Assembly (NCBI GenBank): GCA_964441025.1
Contig: CAYTXG010000006.1
Coordinates: forward strand, 32,829-96,828
DNA: 64,000 bases
Direction of reading: 5' to 3'
DNA from: an uncultured Syntrophomonadaceae bacterium
GTDB taxonomy: Bacteria; Bacillota; Dethiobacteria; DTU022
Positions 48,202 through 58,307 of this stretch are shown one piece after another (within the stretch, counting starts at the first letter, position 1; the number at the start of each line of letters is the position of its first letter). Below the pieces are notes generated by a model that had not been told where the DNA came from, made no database searches, and worked only from the letters and a program-made list of their open reading frames with translations. The position numbers and the translations under genes were made by a program.

Positions 48202-48855
48202 ATGCTTATAGTTTTATTGGGTCCTCCAGGCGCGGGCAAGGGTACGCAGGCGGAGCGACTTGTCAAGCAGTTTCACCTGGCTTATATTGCCACGGGAGAT
48301 ATTCTTAGAGCGGCTGTTAAGAGCGGCACTTTGCTGGGAGAGCAAGCGCGGGGTTATATGGAGCAGGGCCAGCTCGTTCCCGACGAAGTTGTCGTCGGTA
48401 TTGTTCGGGAAAGGTTGGCTGATCCTGATTGTTCCGGCGGCGCCATTCTGGACGGCTTTCCCAGGACAGTAGTCCAGGCCCATGTCCTTGACCAGGTGCT
48501 GGATGAAATCGGGAAGAAAATCGACAGGGTAATCCATATAGAAGTTGACGATGAGGAGCTGATTAGCCGGCTGACCGGCCGGAGGGTATGCCGGGAATGT
48601 GCGGCTACATATCATATCAAGTACAATCCGCCCAAGGTGCGCAATGTCTGCGACCGCTGCGGCGGAGAGCTTTATCAAAGAGAAGACGATTCACTGACTA
48701 CGGTTCAGGAGCGCCTCCAGGTTTACAAAAATCAGACTGCTCCACTTATTGATTACTACAGCGCTGAAGATCTGATTACACCAATTAATGGCAATCAGGA
48801 TATAGAGCGGATCTTCGAAAAGATCATCGCCGCGTTGGAAGCGGGGCCGGCTTAG
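48202..48855 (+). CDS. adk: Adenylate kinase (long form with a zinc-binding LID)
   Basis: It has the P-loop LGPPGAGKGTQA, GFPRTVVQA, and the LID domain CRECAATYHIKYNPPKVRNVCDRCGGEL. Confidence 0.93.
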   Translation: MLIVLLGPPGAGKGTQAERLVKQFHLAYIATGDILRAAVKSGTLLGEQARGYMEQGQLVPDEVVVGIVRERLADPDCSGGAILDGFPRTVVQAHVLDQVLDEIGKKIDRVIHIEVDDEELISRLTGRRVCRECAATYHIKYNPPKVRNVCDRCGGELYQREDDSLTTVQERLQVYKNQTAPLIDYYSAEDLITPINGNQDIERIFEKIIAALEAGPA

Positions 48856-49064
48856 TGGGCCTTTTCCACATCGGCCAGGTTGTGCAGATGAAAAAAGGAC
48901 ACCCCTGCGGCGCCAATTGCTGGCAGATTATCAGGACCGGGATGGATTACCGGATCAAGTGCCTCCACTGTGGGCGCAGCGTTCTGTTGCCGCGGGCCAG
49001 GTTCGAACGCAGGGTAAAGAATGTTCTGGCCGACAGTGCGTCGGAGATGGAGAGTGAACCGTAG
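48855..49064 (+). CDS. DUF951 protein (YyzM-like)
   Basis: GQVVQMKKGHPCGANCWQIIRTGMDYRIKCLHCGRSVLLPRARFERRVKNVL matches DUF951. It lies immediately upstream of ychF, as B. subtilis yyzM-yyaF does. Confidence 0.75.
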   Translation: MGLFHIGQVVQMKKGHPCGANCWQIIRTGMDYRIKCLHCGRSVLLPRARFERRVKNVLADSASEMESEP

Positions 49065-49076
49065 GGGGGAGTCCCG

Positions 49077-50153
49077 GTGTCCTGGAGTTGCGGGATTGTC
49101 GGCCTGCCCAATGCCGGCAAATCTACACTTTTCAAAGCCCTTACAACGGTCGATGCGGCCATTGACAGCTATCCTTTTACCACAATAGATCCGAATATCG
49201 CGGTAGTCCCCCTGCATGATCCACGTCTTGACAGCCTTGCAGCGCTCTGTTCCTCAAAAAAAGCGACACCCCCGGTGATACGCATAGTTGATGTTGCCGG
49301 ACTGGTCAAGGGCGCCAGCCGGGGGGAGGGGCTGGGGAACCGTTTTCTGGGAGAACTGCGCAGCGTCGACATCCTGATCCATGTTGTGGCCGGTTTCGAA
49401 CCCTCCAATGACGGGGGGAAGAGCCCGGCCTCCCGGGCTGCCGTGGTGAATGTGGAGCTAATCCTTGCAGATCTGGAGACGCTGGCCAGGCGGAAGGAAA
49501 AAATCCGTCCTCAGCTGAAAAGCGGTGTGCCGGCGGCTGCCGCAGAGCTGGCCTTTCTTGACCGCCTTGAAGAGCATCTGCAGGAGGGACTGCCCGCCCG
49601 CCTGCTGGGCTCCGGTGACGGTGATAAAGCATTTTTAGATGAGCTGTTTTTATTAACCTCCAAAAAGATGCTCTATGTATTTAATGAACGGGAGAATGGC
49701 GGGAGCGGGCTGCCTCCGCTGGACTTCATTGAAATGGCCCGGGCGGAAAAAAGCCCGCTTATTTCAGTCTGCGCCCGCCTGGAAGCGGAAATTGGTGAAC
49801 TGTCGGATGATGAAAAAAGGCTGTTTTTGGAGGAATACGGCCTTAAGGGGTCGCAGGTGCAGAAGCTGCTGGATGAATGCCGCTCCCTCCTGGACCTCAT
49901 CTCTTTTTACACAGTGAAGGGTGAAGAGTCCCGGGCCTGGCTGCTTCCCCGCGGCTCAACGGCTCTTGAAGCGGCTTATAAAGTGCATACGGATATGGGA
50001 CGGGGATTCATAAAAGCCGGGGTGATCCCCTGGGATCGCTTTGTCGCATCGGGCGGCATTGCCGCAGCCCGGGAACAGGGAGCCCTGCGCACAGAGGGGC
50101 GGGATTATCCCCTGTCCGACGGCGATGTGCTCTATTTTTATTTCCGTGCTTGA
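49077..50153 (+). CDS. ychF: Ribosome-binding ATPase YchF (Obg family)
   Basis: It has the G1 motif GIVGLPNAGKSTLFKALT, a coiled-coil insert and a C-terminal TGS domain (...FIKAGVIPWDRFVASGG...). Confidence 0.92.
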   Translation: MSWSCGIVGLPNAGKSTLFKALTTVDAAIDSYPFTTIDPNIAVVPLHDPRLDSLAALCSSKKATPPVIRIVDVAGLVKGASRGEGLGNRFLGELRSVDILIHVVAGFEPSNDGGKSPASRAAVVNVELILADLETLARRKEKIRPQLKSGVPAAAAELAFLDRLEEHLQEGLPARLLGSGDGDKAFLDELFLLTSKKMLYVFNERENGGSGLPPLDFIEMARAEKSPLISVCARLEAEIGELSDDEKRLFLEEYGLKGSQVQKLLDECRSLLDLISFYTVKGEESRAWLLPRGSTALEAAYKVHTDMGRGFIKAGVIPWDRFVASGGIAAAREQGALRTEGRDYPLSDGDVLYFYFRA

Positions 50154-50168
50154 GCGAATTCATTGCGC

Positions 50169-50197
50169 TTGCCCTTGATGGTGAAATATGCTATGAT
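50169..50197 (+). promoter_or_regulatory. Sigma-A promoter for rpsF-ssb-rpsR
   Basis: TTGCCC, a 17-nt spacer, then TATGAT. It is followed by the RBS GGGAGGTG and a TTG start for rpsF. Confidence 0.5.
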
Positions 50198-50257
50198 TGT
50201 CGCGCATTACCCTGCTCCGTACAACGGGGCCGTCAGTCCAGAGGGAGGTGAACCGTA

Positions 50258-50545
50258 TTGGCCGTCTATGAAACCATGTTTATTCTTCAGCCCGAACTCG
50301 AAAACGAATCCGAAACAGAGCGCGTTGACAATCTCCAGGCCCTTGTACAGAAGCTCGGAGGGGAAACAGGCAATATCGATGACTGGGGAAAACGGAAACT
50401 TGCTTATGAGATAGACAAGTTTAACGAGGGGCATTATTATCTGATGCATTTTACAGGATCCCATGAGATCATCCCCGAGCTGGAACACTTCTTCCGGGTT
50501 AACGACGCGGTGATTCGATTTATCATCGTGCGGGAAGACGAGTAG
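50258..50545 (+). CDS. rpsF: 30S ribosomal protein S6
   Basis: (M)[22 protein letters not shown]...[10 protein letters not shown]...GHYYLMHF. Confidence 0.95.
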   Translation: MAVYETMFILQPELENESETERVDNLQALVQKLGGETGNIDDWGKRKLAYEIDKFNEGHYYLMHFTGSHEIIPELEHFFRVNDAVIRFIIVREDE

Positions 50546-50568
50546 GATGCTCAAAAAACAAAAAGGCG

Positions 50569-50967
50569 GTGCATGGGATGCTTAACCTGGTCGTGCTGAT
50601 CGGTCGCTTGACTCGCGATCCGGAGCTCCGTCATACCCCCGGCAACGGTACGGCGGTGGCTACATTTACCCTGGCGGTGGACCGGCCCTTTGCCAACAGG
50701 CAGGGTGAGAGAGAAGCTGATTTTATCAGGATTGTCACCTGGGACAAGCTGGCCGAGAGCTGCGCAAACTATCTTCAGAAAGGGCGGCTGGCGGCGGTTA
50801 CAGGGCGCCTGCAGATTCGTTCTTATGATGATAAAGAGGGGATCCGGCGGTGGATAACCGAAGTGGTGGCCCGTGATGTCAGGTTCCTGGAGCGGCCGCG
50901 CAGTGATGAAAGCGAGCAGTTCCCCGGGGATGAGATGACGGTCAGCGAAGATGATATTCCTTTTTAA
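50569..50967 (+). CDS. ssb: Single-stranded DNA-binding protein
   Basis: The OB fold is [32 protein letters not shown]. The acidic C-terminal tip ends DDIPF. Confidence 0.95.
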   Translation: MHGMLNLVVLIGRLTRDPELRHTPGNGTAVATFTLAVDRPFANRQGEREADFIRIVTWDKLAESCANYLQKGRLAAVTGRLQIRSYDDKEGIRRWITEVVARDVRFLERPRSDESEQFPGDEMTVSEDDIPF

Positions 50968-50980
50968 GGAGGCTGGTTAG

Positions 50981-51211
50981 TTGAGGCGTGAGAAGGGCCG
51001 TAGACCCAAGAGGAAAATTTGCAGTTTTTGTGTGGATAAGATCGAGCAGGTTGACTATAAACAATATGAAAAGCTGAAGCGCTTTCTTACTGAGCGAGGC
51101 AAGATCCTGCCGCGGCGGATCTCGGGGAATTGTGCCAAACATCAGCGTCAGCTGACCCGGGCGATTAAAAGAGCGCGGATCATGGCCTTGCTTCCTTTTA
51201 CCTCCGAGTAA
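50981..51211 (+). CDS. rpsR: 30S ribosomal protein S18
   Basis: [53 protein letters not shown]. Confidence 0.95.
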   Translation: MRREKGRRPKRKICSFCVDKIEQVDYKQYEKLKRFLTERGKILPRRISGNCAKHQRQLTRAIKRARIMALLPFTSE

Positions 51212-51231
51212 TTGTATTTACAAGGCCCGCT

Positions 51232-51275
51232 GGGAAAACGGTGCTGGAGGCTTATGCTGCCGGCACCGTTTTTTA
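51232..51275 (+). terminator. Rho-independent terminator after rpsR
   Basis: Hairpin AAAACGGTGCTGG-aggcttatgctg-CCGGCACCGTTTT followed by TTAGC. Confidence 0.65.
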
Positions 51276-51420
51276 GCTTTACCCGGAGAGCAGGAGCCGG
51301 CTGCTTGCGGAGCGAAATATTAATATTGATGTCGTCTGCCGCCGCATGAAAGGGACGGGCTATTCTGCTGATATTGACATGTTAACGCAGGTTGTGACAA
51401 TGTTTGAAGGAGTTGATCCC

Positions 51421-51867
51421 ATGAAAATAATTCTTTTAGAAGACGTTTCCGGCCTGGGGAAAAAGGGTGAAGTGAAAGAGGTGGCTCCCGGTTACGGCAG
51501 GAATCTCCTTATTCCCAAGGGGTTGGCCGAGGAGGCCACGGCGGGCCGCCTGCGCGAAATGCAGCACCGGGAGCTTGTTTTGCAGAATAAAAGCAGCCGT
51601 CTGGAAAAAGAGAGCAGGGAGCGGGCGGAAGTCCTGGAAAAACAGGTTGTCAGCTTCAGGCTGGCTGCCGGTGAAGGCGGTCGCCTGTTCGGTTCGGTAA
51701 CCGCAGCGGATATCGCCGGTGAACTGCAGCGGCTGGGTTTTGCCGTTGACAGGAAAAAAATTGTTCTCGAGGAGCCGATCAAGGCTGCCGGTCGTTATGA
51801 AGTCACCGTAAAACTCTACACCGGTGTCAGGGCTGTGGTGACTGTAGAGGTGGAAGAGGACAATTAG
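51421..51867 (+). CDS. rplI: 50S ribosomal protein L9
   Basis: MKIILLEDVSGLGKKGEVKEVAPGYGRNLLIPKGLAEEAT... with the C-terminal domain. The track ORF begins at 51346; I chose the internal ATG. Confidence 0.93.
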   Translation: MKIILLEDVSGLGKKGEVKEVAPGYGRNLLIPKGLAEEATAGRLREMQHRELVLQNKSSRLEKESRERAEVLEKQVVSFRLAAGEGGRLFGSVTAADIAGELQRLGFAVDRKKIVLEEPIKAAGRYEVTVKLYTGVRAVVTVEVEEDN

Positions 51868-51877
51868 GAGGGACAAG

Positions 51878-53788
51878 ATGGTCTCGGAGCAGCAAATGAC
51901 CCAACACCAAAGACGCCTTAGCGCTCTGCTCGACCTGGTCAAGGGAATTTACGGGACGGAGAAGTTGGTTTTAAAGGCGGGAAAGCTGGAGGCTCTTTCG
52001 CTGATCCATTCACAAAAACCGGCCCGGCAGCTGCTCGGTTTGCAGCGCCTGGTTTTCGAGAACCCCACGCTGAGTGAAATTCCCACAGTGAAGCAGTTTC
52101 CACAGGTCTTTACCGAATTGGAGGAGGCGCTGGCGGAGCTGCTGGCGCGGCGTTCACTGGAGGAGTCGCTGGAGCATAAAACCAGGGATTATCTCGAGAA
52201 AAAGCATGAAGAGTATCTCCTGGAAATCAAAAGGGAGGTTCTCCAGGAGTGGGGCGGCGTGGAAAACCCGCAAACCCTAAAAAAATATGCACGGGCGGAA
52301 AAAATGTTTGCGCAGCAGTTGGCCCGCTCCGCCCAGGAGGTGCTCCGTCCTGCCGAATTGGACCAGATTATTGGACAGAGCGAGGCCACCACGGCTCTTG
52401 TTTCCAAGCTGGCTTCACCTTATCCGCCTCATATTCTTCTCTATGGACCTCCGGGCGTAGGAAAAACCACCGCTGCACGCCTGGCTTTGCAGAGCATTCA
52501 GAACATTGCGGGCGCCCTCTTCGGAGCGGATGCGCCTTTTGTGGAGGTTGATGGATCAACCCTGCGCTGGGATCCCCGCGAAATAGCCGATCCTCTCATC
52601 GGTTCGGTGCATGACCCAATATACCAGGGCGCACGCCGGAACCTCATTGAAGGCGGGGTTCCCGAACCGAAATTGGGGCTGGTCTCCGATGCGCACGGGG
52701 GGATTCTTTTTATTGACGAAATCGGCGAGATGGATTTTGCTTTACAGAGCAAACTCCTCAAGGTTATGGAAGATAAACGTGTTTTTTTTGAATCCGCCTA
52801 TTATGATCCCACCGATACACAGGTGCCGAAATATATCCGGCTTCTCTTTGAGCGGGGGGCCCCTGCCGACTTTATCTTGATCGGAGCAACAACGCGATCG
52901 CCCCAGGCGATTTCTCCGGCTTTTCGTTCGCGGTGTTCCGAAATATACTTTGAACCGCTCACGCCGGTGGAAATTGAGGAAATTGTGTTGAGCTCAGCGG
53001 CCAGGCTTCAGCTGTCTGTCGATCCCGATGCGGCACGCCTGATCAGCCGTTATACCTGCGAGGGGCGGCGTGCCGTCAACCTGCTTGTAGATGCCTATGG
53101 ACGGGCTCTTTATGAGCGGCAGCTCAAGGGCGGCAGCTGCAAAAAATGTCATATTGGCGCAGCTTTGATGCAGAGGGTTTTAGCTAGCAACCGCCTTATT
53201 CCTTTAAATCCGGTTCCAGTGGGGGGGAAAGCGGAAATCGGGCGGGTGCTTGCACTTGGGGTGAGCGGCTTTACGGGGGTGGTTTTGGAAATTGAGGCGC
53301 TGGCCTTTCCTGCTGCTGAAAAAGGACGGGGCAGCCTTCGTTTCAATGAAACGGCGGGCTCGATGGCCCGGGATTCCGTATTTGTTGCGGCGTCGCTGCT
53401 GCGTAATCTGCTGGGGGTGGACCTGAGGAGCTATGATCTGCACCTTAATGTCATCGGCGGGGGTAATATTGACGGCCCCTCCGCCGGAGCGGCTGTTTTT
53501 CTGGCCATCCTCAGCGCCGTAAATGAGCTGCCGCTGCGGCAGGATTGCGCTGTAACGGGGGAAATATCCCTACGGGGCCGGCTTAAGCCCGTTGGCGGGA
53601 TCATAGAAAAAATTAATGGCGCCCGCCTTGCGGGATTAAAAAAAGTGGTAGTACCGTTAGAGAATAGAAGCGAACTCAGCAGTCGTTTTCCGGGGGTGGA
53701 AATTGCGGCTGCCGGGAATACCGGGAGCTTGCTTCCCCATTTCATCTCACCGGGCAGGGTTAAAATGCTGCGGATAAAGGAGGGGTGA
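51878..53788 (+). CDS. lonC: Lon-family ATP-dependent protease, LonC type (sporulation-associated)
   Basis: 636 aa. AAA+ Walker A is LYGPPGVGKTTAARLAL, Walker B is ILFIDEIGE, and the S16 protease domain has the catalytic Ser in NIDGPSAGAAVFLAILSAV and a conserved Lys downstream. The rplI-lonC-dnaB synteny is typical of endospore formers. Confidence 0.85.
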   Translation: MVSEQQMTQHQRRLSALLDLVKGIYGTEKLVLKAGKLEALSLIHSQKPARQLLGLQRLVFENPTLSEIPTVKQFPQVFTELEEALAELLARRSLEESLEHKTRDYLEKKHEEYLLEIKREVLQEWGGVENPQTLKKYARAEKMFAQQLARSAQEVLRPAELDQIIGQSEATTALVSKLASPYPPHILLYGPPGVGKTTAARLALQSIQNIAGALFGADAPFVEVDGSTLRWDPREIADPLIGSVHDPIYQGARRNLIEGGVPEPKLGLVSDAHGGILFIDEIGEMDFALQSKLLKVMEDKRVFFESAYYDPTDTQVPKYIRLLFERGAPADFILIGATTRSPQAISPAFRSRCSEIYFEPLTPVEIEEIVLSSAARLQLSVDPDAARLISRYTCEGRRAVNLLVDAYGRALYERQLKGGSCKKCHIGAALMQRVLASNRLIPLNPVPVGGKAEIGRVLALGVSGFTGVVLEIEALAFPAAEKGRGSLRFNETAGSMARDSVFVAASLLRNLLGVDLRSYDLHLNVIGGGNIDGPSAGAAVFLAILSAVNELPLRQDCAVTGEISLRGRLKPVGGIIEKINGARLAGLKKVVVPLENRSELSSRFPGVEIAAAGNTGSLLPHFISPGRVKMLRIKEG

Positions 53789-55147
53789 GTGATGGTTCTC
53801 CCCGCTGATAAGGTTCCTCCGCAGAGCATAGAGGCGGAGCAGTCCGTTCTTGGCTCCATGATTATTGAGAGGGAAGCTATTTTTGCTGCTGCAGAGTTGC
53901 TCCGTGATACTGATTTTTACCGGACCGCCCATCAGAAAATATTTGATGCAATCATTTCTTTAAGCGAAAAAGGGGAACCTGTGGATTTGGTTACACTTGC
54001 AGATGAATTACAGAGGCGCCGCTCCCTGGAAGAGGCGGGGGGGACAGCTTATTTAAGCGCCCTTGCCGGCGCTGTGCCTACGGCGGCGAATGTGCAGTAT
54101 TATGCTCTCATTGTCAGGGAAAAATCGATCCTGCGTTATCTGATCCGTACAGCCACGCAGATTGTCGCAGGCTGCTATGAAGGGCCGCCCGATGTGGAGG
54201 AGTTTCTGGATGCCGCGGAGCAGCAGATCTTTGAAATCGGCAAGCAGGGTAAGCAGCAGGGCTTTACTCCTTTGAAAGAGGTTCTCAAGGAAACATTCGA
54301 TCGCATCGAGCGGCTATTTGACGACAAAAAGGGGGTTACCGGGCTTTCCACCGGTTTTGAAGATTTGAATATTATATGCTCGGGCTTGCAGCCCTCGGAT
54401 CTGATAATTGTAGCCGCCCGGCCGAGCATGGGAAAGACAACACTTGCTTTGAATATGGCCCATCATGTTGCCGTTAGGGAGAAAAAACCTGTTGCCTTTT
54501 TCAGCCTGGAGATGTCGAGGGAGCAGCTGGCCCAGCGAATGCTCTGCGCTGAAGCCAGGATCGATGCGCATAAGCTGCGCCGCGGTTTTCTTTCTCAGGA
54601 GGAATGGCAGAAGCTGACCAGGGCGGTAGGGCCTCTGAGCGAGTCCCCGCTCTACATAGACGACTCGGCATCACTATCGGTTATGGAGGTGCGGGCCAAA
54701 GCCCGCCGTCTGAAAGCGGAACGGGGGCTTGAAGCAGTTTTTGTTGATTACCTGCAGTTAATGCGCGGTTTTAGCCGGGCGGAGAACCGGCAGCAGGAAC
54801 TTTCGGAGATATCCCGCTCTCTTAAAGCGCTGGCCAAGGAGCTTTCCATCCCGGTAGTAGCCCTGTCCCAGCTGAGCCGTGCTGTTGAGAAGAGGGAAAA
54901 CCGCCGCCCCATATTAAGCGACCTCATGGAATCCGGGGGTATCGAAGCAAATGCCGATATGGTTCTTTTTATTTACCGGGAATCTTATTATAACAAGGAC
55001 ACGGAGAAGGGGAATACGTCGGAGATAATTGTGGCCAAGCAGAGGAACGGTCCCATCGGCACAGTAGAACTCTATTTCCTGGATCGCTTTAACCGGTTTG
55101 CCAATATTGCCCGTGCTTCGGAAATTCAGTCTGCCCCGGGATCGTAA
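53789..55147 (+). CDS. dnaB: Replicative DNA helicase (DnaB family; DnaC in B. subtilis nomenclature)
   Basis: 452 aa. The N-terminal domain is PPQSIEAEQSVLGSMI. RecA-like Walker A is AARPSMGKTTLALNMA, Walker B is VFVDYLQLM, and it has an arginine finger. Confidence 0.95.
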   Translation: MMVLPADKVPPQSIEAEQSVLGSMIIEREAIFAAAELLRDTDFYRTAHQKIFDAIISLSEKGEPVDLVTLADELQRRRSLEEAGGTAYLSALAGAVPTAANVQYYALIVREKSILRYLIRTATQIVAGCYEGPPDVEEFLDAAEQQIFEIGKQGKQQGFTPLKEVLKETFDRIERLFDDKKGVTGLSTGFEDLNIICSGLQPSDLIIVAARPSMGKTTLALNMAHHVAVREKKPVAFFSLEMSREQLAQRMLCAEARIDAHKLRRGFLSQEEWQKLTRAVGPLSESPLYIDDSASLSVMEVRAKARRLKAERGLEAVFVDYLQLMRGFSRAENRQQELSEISRSLKALAKELSIPVVALSQLSRAVEKRENRRPILSDLMESGGIEANADMVLFIYRESYYNKDTEKGNTSEIIVAKQRNGPIGTVELYFLDRFNRFANIARASEIQSAPGS

Positions 55148-55159
55148 AGAGGTGATCCT

Positions 55160-56548
55160 ATGATTAAGTCAAGGTATGATGTAATTATTGTCGGCGCCGG
55201 TCCGGCCGGTATTTTTGCGGCGCTGGAACTCTGCCGCCGGAGTAAGCCCCGTATCCTGCTGCTGGACAAGGGGGCGGCCCTGGAGAAGAGGAAATGCGCT
55301 ACTTTGGGGGAATACGGCCGCTGCCTGCGCTGTGATCCCTGTGCCATCACCTGCGGGTGGGGAGGCGCCGGTGCCTTCAGCGATGGGAAGCTGACCCTCT
55401 CCACAGAATTCGGGGGGCTGTTAAATGAATACCTTGATCCACCTTCTCTGGAACAGCTGATCAACTATGTCGATCAGATCTACCTTTCTGCCGGAGCTAA
55501 AGACATTCTTTTTGGAACAGACAGAGCGGTGATCAATGAGCTGCAGCGCAATGCCGCAGCAGCGGGCTTAAGCCTTATACCGGCTAAGATCAGGCATCTG
55601 GGCACGGAAAACTGCTACCTTGTCCTGGAGGAGATGTATCGCCGGCTGGAGAAGCAGATCGACATTGCCACCGGGACCGGGGTGGCTGCTATTGCCACCG
55701 GCGGTGGGAAGGTCGCCGGCGTGGAGCTGGCTTCGGGGGAACTGGTAGAGGCGGATTATGTCATTGCCGGTCCGGGGAGGGCCGGGGCGGAATGGATGCA
55801 CAGTGAGGCCTTGCGGCTCGGGCTGCAGGGGGTCAACAATCCTGTGGATATCGGGCTGCGCATAGAGGTGCCGGCGGTGCTGATGGAGCACATCACCGGC
55901 AAAGTCTACGAGTCAAAGCTCATATATTTTTCACGCTCTTTTGATGACAGGGTGCGCACTTTCTGCATGAACCCGTACGGCGTAGTGGTTACAGAAAACA
56001 ACGGCGGACTGGTGACGGTTAACGGGCATAGTTACGAGGAGAAAAGAAGCACAAATACCAATTTTGCCCTGCTGGTGAGCAAAACCTTTACCGAGCCCTT
56101 TAATGAGCCCATCCGTTACGGTAAATATATTGCAAGCCTGGCCAATATGCTTGGTGACGGGGTTATCGTCCAGCGCCTGGGTGATCTCCAGATGGGCCGC
56201 CGCTCCACGGCGGAGCGGATCCGGCGCGGCCTGGTCCGGTCCACCCTGGTGGAGGCAACGCCCGGGGACCTGAGCCTGGTTCTCCCCTACCGCCATCTTC
56301 TTTCCATCATGGAGATGCTGGAAGCTCTTGATAAACTGGCTCCCGGAGTGAATTCACCGCACACTCTGCTTTACGGAGTGGAGGTGAAATTTTACTCTTT
56401 TCAGCTCCGCCTGTCCGCCAATCTGGAGACAGGCCTGGCGAATTTTTTTGCTGTTGGCGACGGGGCGGGTGTAACCAGGGGCTTGATCCAGGCTTCGGCT
56501 TCGGGCGTCCTTGCCGCGAGGGAAATTGAGCGCCGTCTGGAGGGATGA
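55160..56548 (+). CDS. FAD-dependent protein (COG2509-like uncharacterised FAD/NAD-binding dehydrogenase)
   Basis: It has the Rossmann motif DVIIVGAGPAGIFAALEL, a Cys cluster (KCATLGEYGRCLRCDPCAITCGWGG) and a C-terminal GDGAG motif. Confidence 0.7.
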   Translation: MIKSRYDVIIVGAGPAGIFAALELCRRSKPRILLLDKGAALEKRKCATLGEYGRCLRCDPCAITCGWGGAGAFSDGKLTLSTEFGGLLNEYLDPPSLEQLINYVDQIYLSAGAKDILFGTDRAVINELQRNAAAAGLSLIPAKIRHLGTENCYLVLEEMYRRLEKQIDIATGTGVAAIATGGGKVAGVELASGELVEADYVIAGPGRAGAEWMHSEALRLGLQGVNNPVDIGLRIEVPAVLMEHITGKVYESKLIYFSRSFDDRVRTFCMNPYGVVVTENNGGLVTVNGHSYEEKRSTNTNFALLVSKTFTEPFNEPIRYGKYIASLANMLGDGVIVQRLGDLQMGRRSTAERIRRGLVRSTLVEATPGDLSLVLPYRHLLSIMEMLEALDKLAPGVNSPHTLLYGVEVKFYSFQLRLSANLETGLANFFAVGDGAGVTRGLIQASASGVLAAREIERRLEG

Positions 56549-56779
56549 AGCACTGCATAAAACATGGATAAGGTGGGGAATATAGGTCGCCTGGGCGTTG
56601 CGCGTCTTTTTGTACATACTAATTCCGGAATAAGGCGGGATTTTTTGACTTTGGGGCAGGAACTTTTAAGTTTATGGCGAAATAATTAACTCATCTTAAT
56701 AATTGTTAAGGATACAGGCAGTCGACTTAACAAGTTTTCCGCTAAACAGTATCCCGATTTGCCCCAAAGGAGGTTTTTT

Positions 56780-58174
56780 ATGGAACTCAGGAAAATCCGG
56801 CAAAGGCCGGGGACGTTGAGGGACAGACTGCGGCGCGCCTATCGCCACAGCGAAGTAAGGAAGCTGCAGTTGTGGCTGAAGGGGAAAACCCTGCACTGGG
56901 CGCTTTACCTGGCATCGGCGATCCTCCTGGCAGGCTCGCTTTTGGGGCTGCACCACTACCTCTCACAGTATTTCTACGTGATCAGCCTGGGAGGGCACGA
57001 GCTGGGCATGGTGAAGGATGCCGGGGAAATTGAGATCTTTTTAGATGAGCTGAACCAGTGCTGCAGCTCTTTCTACGGGATGGCCGTAGAGCCGGAACAG
57101 GAAATTCTGTACAGCCGGGAGTACCGTTCCGGCGGTGAAGAAGACGCCCATGCCGTAAAAGAAGCGCTGAAGCAGCAGATAACTCTGATCACTGAAGCGG
57201 TGATGCTCACTGTGGATCAGATGCCGGCGGTCCCGCTGACATCGGAAGAGGATCTTACCACAGTTATAGACCTGTTAAGCAGCGCTTATACCAGCCAGGC
57301 GGATAATGTCAGGCTTCTCGAGACAACCCTTGTCGAAGAGGTTGGCTGCATACCCTGCACCATCTCTCCCGAGGAGGTTTGCGCCCCGGAAGAGGCGGCA
57401 GATCTCCTGCTGAGCTGCAGCGGTACCGACGCAGCCGGGAGGCTCCTGGAAAGCCGGTACGGCGAACCGCTGCGCGGCGATGAGCTTTCAGGGCCGCCTT
57501 TACCCGTTGTCCACGTGCAAACTGTCGAAGAGGTTAAAACGGTGGAAAGAATACCCTTTTCAACCAGTTATACTTACAATGACAAGATGTGGCATGCGCA
57601 GAGCAATGTGCTGATCCCAGGGGTAGATGGAGAAAAGGCGGTTACCTACCATGTCACACGCAAAAATGGCGAGGAAACCGACAGGCAAATTATTGAGCAG
57701 ATAGTACTGCAGGAGCCGGTTACCCGGGTTGTGGAAAAGGGAACTGCCAAGGCGCCCTCCATCGGAACAGGTACCTTTGTCTGGCCGGTGGCGGGAGGCG
57801 GGGTTATCAGCCAGTACTACAGCGGATATCACACGGGTATTGACATAACCACTTTGGGCAGCCGTTCTTCCATTCTGGCTGCCGACAGCGGTGTGGTGGT
57901 GGAAACAGGGTCAAGGTATCCCCTGGGTAATTATATTGTAATCTATCACGGCAACTACTACACAGTCTACCTGCATAACCATGCGCACTATGTTTCCACG
58001 GGGGACAGTGTCTCCCGGGGCCAGACCATTGCCCTGATGGGGAATACAGGCCGTACGTATGGACGGACCGGCATTCACCTTCATTTTGAAGTCCGCCGCA
58101 GCGACGGCTCGGGTGTCTGGGGCAGCTGGTATAAAAATCCATCAGTGAATCCCTTGAATTTCTTTAACCCGTAA
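56780..58174 (+). CDS. Membrane-anchored M23 family metallopeptidase
   Basis: It has a TM segment (WALYLASAILLAGSLLGL), a large extracellular region and the C-terminal M23 motifs (YHTGIDITTLGSRSSILAADSGVV...GNYIVIYHGNYYTVYLHN...GNTGRTYGRTGIHLHFEV). The start is the ATG with AAGGAGG 7 nt upstream. The track ORF begins at 56759. Confidence 0.82.
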   Translation: MELRKIRQRPGTLRDRLRRAYRHSEVRKLQLWLKGKTLHWALYLASAILLAGSLLGLHHYLSQYFYVISLGGHELGMVKDAGEIEIFLDELNQCCSSFYGMAVEPEQEILYSREYRSGGEEDAHAVKEALKQQITLITEAVMLTVDQMPAVPLTSEEDLTTVIDLLSSAYTSQADNVRLLETTLVEEVGCIPCTISPEEVCAPEEAADLLLSCSGTDAAGRLLESRYGEPLRGDELSGPPLPVVHVQTVEEVKTVERIPFSTSYTYNDKMWHAQSNVLIPGVDGEKAVTYHVTRKNGEETDRQIIEQIVLQEPVTRVVEKGTAKAPSIGTGTFVWPVAGGGVISQYYSGYHTGIDITTLGSRSSILAADSGVVVETGSRYPLGNYIVIYHGNYYTVYLHNHAHYVSTGDSVSRGQTIALMGNTGRTYGRTGIHLHFEVRRSDGSGVWGSWYKNPSVNPLNFFNP

Positions 58175-58191
58175 ATTTCCTGAATCCGACC

Positions 58192-58228
58192 TGGGAAGGG
58201 GCTGCTCCAGAGCGGCCCCTTTTTTTGA
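58192..58228 (+). terminator. Rho-independent terminator after the M23 peptidase gene
   Basis: AAGGGGC-tgctccagagc-GGCCCCTT followed by TTTTTTT. Confidence 0.65.
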
Positions 58229-58307
58229 ACGGAGTAAACTTGTTCCAGCAGGGATTTGGTGATGGGGAAACGAAATTGTGATCTAAGCCTGAATGGGGAG
58301 AGAGAAC

